Of a stretch of DNA of 64,000 bases, positions 57,447-64,000 are shown in pieces. The stretch is from a virus. Under the pieces are notes generated by a model. The model did no database searches. It was not told the DNA's origin and was given only the letters and a program-made list of their open reading frames with translations. Position 1 is the first letter of the stretch, and the number at the start of each line of letters is the position of its first letter. The stretch is from positions 25,847 to 89,846 of IMG/VR virus record IMGVR_UViG_3300034417_000014; one strand, given 5' to 3'. Both the position numbers and the translations under genes were made by a program.

Positions 57447-58364
57447 ATGTCGCATCGTGAAAAACTTGAGCAAATTCTTGATTTACTGATCAACGAAGAA
57501 GCTGATCGTGCGTCTGAAATGCTTCATCAGGTTGTCGTTGAAAAGGCTCGTGAAATTTACGAAGAGCTTGTTGAAGACGAAGAGACGGACGAAGGTGCAG
57601 ACAGCGAAGAAGAAGTAGACGAAAGTTTTGGCGGAGACGTACAAGACCGTTTCTCGCAAAAAATTACAAAAGATAACAACGATATCGATTCTGATGAACT
57701 TTATGACGACGCTGAAGAAGTAGGCGACGATCAAGGTGAAGAAGGCGATGACGTAGATATGGGATTCCAGCCTGGTGAAGAAGGCCAAGGTGAGCAACCA
57801 GTTGAAGACCGCGTTTGCGATCTTGAAGCTGCACTTGCTGATCTTAGATCGGAATTTGATCGTTTAATGGCTGATGAAATTGGTGAGCCAGGACACGAAG
57901 ACTTAGCTGCTGAATACAGCGGTGAAGATGAAACAGATTTCCCAAGCGATGAAGAAGGCGAATATGGCCAAGGCGAAGAAGAAGATGACGTAGAAGAATC
58001 TATGTTTGAAGCTACTAAGTTTTATGCTGAAGTAGGTGATCTCGGCATGGGTTCGGAAGGAAAGTATTCCGGAACTGGTTCCAAATCAGCTGGAGCAGGA
58101 TCAGTTAACAAAACTACTCCTCTTTCCAAAGGCACTGGCAAAATGGAATATGGTCAAGGTCCAACTGAATTTGCTAAATCTGCTGGAGAAGGCAAACAAG
58201 CTGATAAAACAGCTCGTAAAGAAACAGCGCCAACTAACGTTAATGTAAAACAAGGAAGCGTAAATGCAGACTTGTCTGGAGAAGGTAAATTTTCTGGAAC
58301 TGGCGCACACAGCAAGAAAGGCGCAGTTAACACAAAAAGCCCACTTTCTAAAAAGCCTAACTAA
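57447..58364 (+). CDS. acidic prohead core protein
   Basis: AAGGAG RBS; very D/E-rich; between portal and protease. Confidence 0.75.
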   Translation: MSHREKLEQILDLLINEEADRASEMLHQVVVEKAREIYEELVEDEETDEGADSEEEVDESFGGDVQDRFSQKITKDNNDIDSDELYDDAEEVGDDQGEEGDDVDMGFQPGEEGQGEQPVEDRVCDLEAALADLRSEFDRLMADEIGEPGHEDLAAEYSGEDETDFPSDEEGEYGQGEEEDDVEESMFEATKFYAEVGDLGMGSEGKYSGTGSKSAGAGSVNKTTPLSKGTGKMEYGQGPTEFAKSAGEGKQADKTARKETAPTNVNVKQGSVNADLSGEGKFSGTGAHSKKGAVNTKSPLSKKPN

Positions 58365-58375
58365 GAGAAATAAAA

Positions 58376-59002
58376 ATGGCAAACCAGCTATTTGAGTACT
58401 ATGATCCACAACGAGCACACATACTTGTCGAAAGGGGCCCCACGGGCTCCAACGACTTGTTTATGAAGGGCATCTTTGTTCAGGGTGATGTTCGTAATCA
58501 AAATCAGCGTGTTTATCCATTGCACGAAATTACTGAAGCAGTAAATAACGTAAACGAAAGAATTAAGAACCAAATGTCAGTATTAGGTGAATTGGACCAT
58601 CCAGAAGAATTGTCCATTAACTTAGACAGAGTAAGTCACGTTATCACTGAGATGTGGATGCAAGGAAACGACGGCTACGGCAAGTTAAAAATCCTTCCAA
58701 CTCCATGCGGTGAGATTGCTAAAGCATTATTAAGTTCTGGAATATTATTGGGCGTTAGCTCAAGAGGGTCAGGAAACGTTGGGCACGACGGTAGCGTGAG
58801 CGATTTCGAGATGGTAACAGTCGATATTGTTGCACAGCCGAGCGCGCCAGATGCGTTTCCAAAAGCAATCTATGAGAGCTTGTTTAATATGCGTGGTGGA
58901 TCCAGAATACACTCGTTAGCAGAGGCCGCGGTCTATGATAACAGTGCTAAGGTACACCTGCAAACAGATATTATCAAGTTTATTAGAGAATTAAAACTGT
59001 AA
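58376..59002 (+). CDS. gp21: prohead protease (T4 gp21-like)
   Basis: NQNQRVYP, GELDHP, GVSSRGSG and DIVAQPSAPDA. Confidence 0.95.
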   Translation: MANQLFEYYDPQRAHILVERGPTGSNDLFMKGIFVQGDVRNQNQRVYPLHEITEAVNNVNERIKNQMSVLGELDHPEELSINLDRVSHVITEMWMQGNDGYGKLKILPTPCGEIAKALLSSGILLGVSSRGSGNVGHDGSVSDFEMVTVDIVAQPSAPDAFPKAIYESLFNMRGGSRIHSLAEAAVYDNSAKVHLQTDIIKFIRELKL

Positions 59003-59016
59003 GGAGACATGACAAC

Positions 59017-60123
59017 ATGGCATCTAAGTTTGAAAAGATCTTGAGTGAAAGCCTTGGTCTTCCACAAGAAGCTAAAGTACAAATTCAAGAAGCTTGGAAT
59101 GAACAGTTGTCTGAAGCAAAAGACAGAATTTCTGCAGAACTCCGTGAGGAATTTGCAAGTAAGTTTGAGCACGACAAGAATACATTGGTGGAATCCATTG
59201 ATAGATTCTTAGAGGACAAAGTTAAACAAGAAATTAGTGAATTTGCCCAAGACAAACGTGATCTCGCAGCTGAACGAGTAAAATATAAAACAGCTATCAA
59301 GGAGCATATTGGTGTTCTTGATAAATTCTTAATGTCTAAAGTCGCTGAAGAAATTCAAGAACTTCATAAAGACAGAGTTAAGATGAAAGAAAGTGTTACA
59401 AATCTTGAAGGATTCTTAGTTACACAATTGTCTGAGGAAATCAAAGAGTTCCACAATGACAAGAAAGAACTTGTGAATCAAAGAGTAAAAATGATCAAAG
59501 AAGGTAAGCAAGCCCTTGTTGAAACAAAGCGTGGGTTTATTACTAAAGCTGCTAAGTTAATTGAAGAAAATATCAACAGTGTATTAAGAAATGAAATTTC
59601 TCAGTACAGAGATGATATTGTTGCAGCTAGAGAAAATGATTTTGGACGTAGAATTTTTGAATCGTTTGTTGCAGAGTACATGACTTCTTACTTGAACGAA
59701 GGTAGTGAAGTTAAGAAAATGCAAAAAGCAGTTTCTCTTAAAGAGAAAGAAATCAAAGTTCTTGAATCTAAAGTTCAAGAAAAACAAGCGTTGACTGAAA
59801 GTGCAAACAAGAAGTTAGCGGTTGCAAACGATATGGTAGCAAGAAGTGCCGTAATGGGAGAGCTTTTAGCGCCGTTGAGTAAAGATAAAAAAGAGATTAT
59901 GAAAGACTTGCTTGGCACTGTTAAAACACAGAACCTTCGCGAATCGTTCAATAAATATCTTCCTGCTGTTCTTAATGAATCGGTAGCTCCTAAAAAAGCA
60001 ACTTTAGTTGAAAGTAAGAACACAGAAAAAACAGGAGATAGGGCACATTCTGTAGCCCAAACAGAAACCAATGCTAACGCTTATGATCTTGCTGAAATAC
60101 GCAGACTGGCCGGCATTAAGTAA
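59017..60123 (+). CDS. gp22: prohead scaffolding protein (T4 gp22-like)
   Basis: Coiled-coil, E/K-rich; between protease and capsid genes. Confidence 0.85.
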   Translation: MASKFEKILSESLGLPQEAKVQIQEAWNEQLSEAKDRISAELREEFASKFEHDKNTLVESIDRFLEDKVKQEISEFAQDKRDLAAERVKYKTAIKEHIGVLDKFLMSKVAEEIQELHKDRVKMKESVTNLEGFLVTQLSEEIKEFHNDKKELVNQRVKMIKEGKQALVETKRGFITKAAKLIEENINSVLRNEISQYRDDIVAARENDFGRRIFESFVAEYMTSYLNEGSEVKKMQKAVSLKEKEIKVLESKVQEKQALTESANKKLAVANDMVARSAVMGELLAPLSKDKKEIMKDLLGTVKTQNLRESFNKYLPAVLNESVAPKKATLVESKNTEKTGDRAHSVAQTETNANAYDLAEIRRLAGIK

Positions 60124-60145
60124 ACTAGGAGAGGATTAACCTAAA

Positions 60146-61333
60146 ATGAAACAAAATCTTTTCGAAAGCAATTGGGCAACAACTAAAGAAGCCCTTCTCG
60201 AAGGTGTACAAGGAAAACGTAAAGAGTCTTTAAGCGTAGTTCTTGAAAATACACGTAAATATATCGCTGAAAATGCGTCCGCTGGTGCTACACAAGCTGG
60301 TAACATCGCTACAATCAACAAAGTTATGCTTCCGTTGATTCGTCGTGTTATGCCTTCTGTTATCGCTAACGAAATTCTCGGCGTACAACCAATGACTGGT
60401 CCAGTTGGACAGATCCATACTTTGCGTGTTCGTTATGCGAATACAAAAGCTGGTATCACTGCTGGTACTGAAGCATTAGGACCATTTGATATTGCTAAAG
60501 CATATTCTGGTAACGAAGCACTTAACGGTGGCTCGAACCCACTTCCAGGCGCTGATCGTACAGCACGTCTTGAAGGTCGCGCTGGTAACCAAATGTCCGT
60601 GCAAATCTTGAAAGAAACAGTTGAAGCTAAAACTCGTCGTTTGAGCGCTCGCTGGACTTTTGAAGCTGCACAAGATGCTAACGCAATTCACGGCATCGAC
60701 GTTGAAGCTGAAATTCTTCAAGCATTGGCACAAGAAATCACTGTTGAAATCGACCAAGAGTTGTTGAACAACTTGCGCGTTCTTTCTGGACCAGCTCCAG
60801 TAACATTCGACCAAGCTGCGGTATCTGGTACTGCTACTTACGTTGGTGACGAGCACGCTGCTCTTGCAGTTATGATTAACCAACAAGCTAACCTTGTTGC
60901 TGCACGTACACGTCGTGGCGCTGCTAACTGGGCAGTTGTTTCCCCAAACACATTGACCATTCTTCAGTCTGCTACTACATCTAGCTTTGCACGTACAACA
61001 GAAGGAACATTTGAAGCTCCTACAAACACTAAGTTTGTTGGTACTTTGAACAGCTCCATGAAAGTTTATGTTGACCAATATGCTTCCGACGCTGAAAAAG
61101 TGTTGATCGGCTACAAAGGCGCAACAGAAACTGACGCAGCAGCGTTTTATTGCCCATACATTCCGTTAATGAGCGTTGGACCAGTTATTGATCCAAACAC
61201 ATTTGAACCTGTTGTTTCGTTCTTGACACGTTACGGATACTTGGAACTTACCAACACTGCTAACTCGCTTGGCAATGCGGCTGACTACTTGTCGTCCGTT
61301 GGTATCAACTCCGCTAACTTGAAATTCTTCTAA
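60146..61333 (+). CDS. gp23: major capsid protein (T4 gp23-like)
   Basis: GVQPMTGPVGQI, VEAKTRRL.A.WT.E.AQD, EIDQE and YCPYIPL. Confidence 0.97.
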   Translation: MKQNLFESNWATTKEALLEGVQGKRKESLSVVLENTRKYIAENASAGATQAGNIATINKVMLPLIRRVMPSVIANEILGVQPMTGPVGQIHTLRVRYANTKAGITAGTEALGPFDIAKAYSGNEALNGGSNPLPGADRTARLEGRAGNQMSVQILKETVEAKTRRLSARWTFEAAQDANAIHGIDVEAEILQALAQEITVEIDQELLNNLRVLSGPAPVTFDQAAVSGTATYVGDEHAALAVMINQQANLVAARTRRGAANWAVVSPNTLTILQSATTSSFARTTEGTFEAPTNTKFVGTLNSSMKVYVDQYASDAEKVLIGYKGATETDAAAFYCPYIPLMSVGPVIDPNTFEPVVSFLTRYGYLELTNTANSLGNAADYLSSVGINSANLKFF

Positions 61334-61360
61334 TACTAACCTGTTAGAAAACTTCATACT

Positions 61361-61383
61361 AAAGCCCCGCAAGGGGCTTTTTT
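61361..61383 (+). terminator. intrinsic terminator after the capsid gene
   Basis: aaagcccc-gcaa-ggggctttttt. Confidence 0.9.
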
Positions 61384-61442
61384 ATTGACTAAAGAAAATG
61401 GGTAAAAATAGATAAATACTAGAAATAATGTAAGGTGTGATA

Positions 61443-63764
61443 ATGTCTGATAAAATTAAATTTCTAGACCAACTTGTTTTTGTTAAGAACACTCCGACTA
61501 CAACTAAGAGAGTTTTCTTTGATATTAACAGCAGCGGCGATTTAGAAATTCGTGGTCCTGGAGTTAGAGATAACACTACTACAACTGCCACTGGTGGATT
61601 AAGAGTTTATTCAACGTCTACGTTTTTAGGTTCTCTCCATGCAGACGGCGGCATTGTAACTCCTCCAGGAGTTACTTCTGAGTTTAGCAGTATTACTGTC
61701 GGCTCACCAACAGATCCAACAACGACAGAAGTTGCATTAATTCAAGGTAGTTTGCGTATTACTGGAGATGTTGCTATTGCAGGAACAATTGTTAACACTA
61801 GTCAGGAAGATTTGCTAGTTACAGACAACAAAATAGTTTTAAATAGCGGCGAAACTGGCGATGGCATAACAACAGGCACGGCTGGTATACTTATAGACAG
61901 GGGAACACTTGCAACTGTTGCGATACAATTTATAGAAGGCACACTTGCTTGGGACTTAAACGCTCCTGCAAAGAAAAGCGACGCTGGCGCAGCAACCCTT
62001 TTGCCTGCCAACCCAAGAATTATTAACGTTGCAGATCCTGTTAATGCTCAAGATGTTGCTACAAAACACTATATTCAAACTGCCATATCTCTTGACACTT
62101 TAAACGATGTGGTTATAACTGCCCCAGCGGCAAAGCAATATGTTAGGCACAACGGAACAAATTGGACTAACTCCTCTTCGTATTTTACAGATTTAGCAGA
62201 TGTTTCTGTAGGTTTAGCAGCAGGGTATTTGCGATGGGATACAACATCTAGCACTATGAAGTATGACGCCCTTGTTCCGTGGGCATCGTTATCTAACGTC
62301 TCTGCTGTTTCTAAACTTGGTCAAGGCAGTTTAAAGTTTTTGACAGATGTTGATTCATCACTAAGCAGTGTTACTGCTGGCACAGTGTTGAGAAACGATG
62401 GCACAAAATGGACTCACGCGGTATTAGCGTACACTGATCTTAGTGGAACACCAACAAACAACACTTATACTTTTGTTGGTTTAAGCGACACTAACGATAC
62501 TAAAGTCAACAACGGTTTCTTAAGATGGAATGGTACTGCGACTACTATAAATTATCAAGCAACAATACCTGCTTCAGACATTACTGGACTAGCCGCAGTT
62601 GCTACTGGCGGAGCATTAAGCACTCTTGATAATATTGTTGACGTGACTCTTACTGCTCCTGCTGCTGGACATTTGTTGTCGCATAACGGCACTGTTTGGG
62701 TAAACGTTCCGCCTCCTTCCACTAGTAGAATTCAAGATGCTGCAAACGTAACATACGTCGATGTTGATGACGTTGCGAACACAGTTACAGTTAAAGCTAA
62801 CACGGGCGGCAACATCGTCTTAAACACTGCTGATGGTAAGGTAATCATTAGTAACGTTGCTAGTACAGAAAGTCAAATTACATCGCCTAATGGAATAAAC
62901 ATTGGTGTCAATTCTACAACAACACCAACAGTTAAAATCCAAGGGTTGCAATATCCGAATACTGATGGTACTGATGGGCAAGTGTTAAAAACTAATGGTG
63001 CAGCAGTGTTATCATGGTATACTCCGCCAGTACCAACATACACCTTTTTAGCATTAACAGATACTCCATCTTCATACACTAGTCAAGCTGGCAAACTGGT
63101 TTCAGTTAATACTGCGGGCACCGGGTTAGAGTTTATTGCGCCACCAAGTCCAAACAGCTCTCTTACTGGCAGTTTAGTTCCTGCAACAACTAACTCAATT
63201 AGTTTAGGATCAGCAGCTAATTATTGGGCCAACGGCTATGTTACTAATCTTTCTACACAGTCGATTTTGCCAGTAAACAGCAACACTGGGGTCGGGTCTG
63301 GTGCAATATCTAATATAGGTAGCACTACTGCACCGTACGATAAAATTTATGCTGCGAGCATACAAGGTTACTCTGCAGACTTAGCAGAACGATATGAAGC
63401 AGATGCAATTTACCCGATTGGAACAGTAGTTAAAATTGGAGGCGATAAGGAAATTACAATCGCAGACAAATATTTAGACAAAGATACATTTGGTGTTATT
63501 TGTGATAATCCAGCATACGGTATGAATAGCTGGGCAGGCACACAAGATACGCATCCGTTTGTAACTATGGTAGGTAGAGTTCCTGTTTTAATTCATGGCC
63601 CTGCCAAAAAAGGACAACGTATTATAACTGGGACGATTCCAGGGACTGCAATTGCAGTAGATTACGATAAAGGATGGCACAACAGCATTGTTGGTAGAGT
63701 GCTACAAGACAAAGCATCCACAGATGTTGGATTAACTCTGTGTGTTGTACAAGTAAAAATTTGA
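61443..63764 (+). CDS. fibre-like virion protein with C-terminal chaperone-like domain
   Basis: INVADPVNAQDVATK; repeated L..L.DV/DT motifs; C-terminal ADLAERY...GTVV...GRVPV. Confidence 0.8.
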   Translation: MSDKIKFLDQLVFVKNTPTTTKRVFFDINSSGDLEIRGPGVRDNTTTTATGGLRVYSTSTFLGSLHADGGIVTPPGVTSEFSSITVGSPTDPTTTEVALIQGSLRITGDVAIAGTIVNTSQEDLLVTDNKIVLNSGETGDGITTGTAGILIDRGTLATVAIQFIEGTLAWDLNAPAKKSDAGAATLLPANPRIINVADPVNAQDVATKHYIQTAISLDTLNDVVITAPAAKQYVRHNGTNWTNSSSYFTDLADVSVGLAAGYLRWDTTSSTMKYDALVPWASLSNVSAVSKLGQGSLKFLTDVDSSLSSVTAGTVLRNDGTKWTHAVLAYTDLSGTPTNNTYTFVGLSDTNDTKVNNGFLRWNGTATTINYQATIPASDITGLAAVATGGALSTLDNIVDVTLTAPAAGHLLSHNGTVWVNVPPPSTSRIQDAANVTYVDVDDVANTVTVKANTGGNIVLNTADGKVIISNVASTESQITSPNGINIGVNSTTTPTVKIQGLQYPNTDGTDGQVLKTNGAAVLSWYTPPVPTYTFLALTDTPSSYTSQAGKLVSVNTAGTGLEFIAPPSPNSSLTGSLVPATTNSISLGSAANYWANGYVTNLSTQSILPVNSNTGVGSGAISNIGSTTAPYDKIYAASIQGYSADLAERYEADAIYPIGTVVKIGGDKEITIADKYLDKDTFGVICDNPAYGMNSWAGTQDTHPFVTMVGRVPVLIHGPAKKGQRIITGTIPGTAIAVDYDKGWHNSIVGRVLQDKASTDVGLTLCVVQVKI

Positions 63765-63795
63765 TAAATAGTATTAATATTTGGAGATTTAGGAA

Positions 63796-64000
63796 ATGAC
63801 TTTAAGAGTACACGGCGGCATTATTACAGATCAAATGCTGAAAGGTAAGTTGCGTTATTACAAAATGACTGGCCCTTTTGCAAACACAATTAGCACCGGC
63901 ACTGTGATTATTCCGAATGCTTCTGTTTCTGGTGGCGACCCATTAGTGGTTGCACAGTTTACAGTTGGCGCCGGCATGCCAGTTCCTGGCAGCGCAGCAG
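63796..64000 (+). CDS. start of a late structural gene (truncated by window edge)
   Basis: Late promoter 63763; AGGA/GGAG RBS; open frame MTLRVHGG... to the window end. Confidence 0.7.
   Translation, partial: MTLRVHGGIITDQMLKGKLRYYKMTGPFANTISTGTVIIPNASVSGGDPLVVAQFTVGAGMPVPGSAA

Noticed and set aside
16953-63079. Numerous short ORFs antisense to the structural genes in the ORF track
   Set aside because: Shadow frames of long, motif-supported genes on the opposite strand
1-64000. tRNA/tmRNA genes and stop-codon recoding
   Set aside because: No cloverleaf or T-loop signatures seen in intergenic DNA; core genes are intact in the standard code, and TAA, TAG and TGA all serve as stops

Overview
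This is a 64 kb segment of a large T4-superfamily (jumbo-type) myophage genome with four parts. (1) 1-12.4 kb is an early or host-takeover region of about 38 small genes. Most are preceded by their own copy of a repeated sigma70 promoter/stem-loop/RBS element (about 27 copies). It ends in a roughly 1.2 kb stretch almost free of GA/TC and GG/CC dinucleotides, followed by a repeat-rich junction. (2) 12.6-16.5 kb is a tandem array of about 14 small, mostly paralogous ORFs. (3) 16.5-44.5 kb (minus strand) holds three tail fibres, two fibre chaperones, a 3766 aa baseplate protein, and gp6-, gp25-, gp5-, gp53- and gp48/54-like baseplate genes. (4) 44.5-64 kb holds late sigma gp55, gp47/gp46 (Mre11/Rad50), a glycosyltransferase, a GIY-YIG nuclease, a 1.1 kb structured non-coding region, a gp26/gp51-like pair with a slippery site, tape measure, portal gp20, protease gp21, scaffold gp22, major capsid gp23 and a fibre-like protein. 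Late promoters have the consensus (G/C)ATAAATA. The best leads are the restricted-alphabet early DNA, the probable large ncRNA or RNA-primed origin at 50.4-51.35 kb, the promoter-cassette array, the paralog array and a -1 frameshift in the gp26/gp51 pair. All calls come from reading motifs by eye; no database searches were run.
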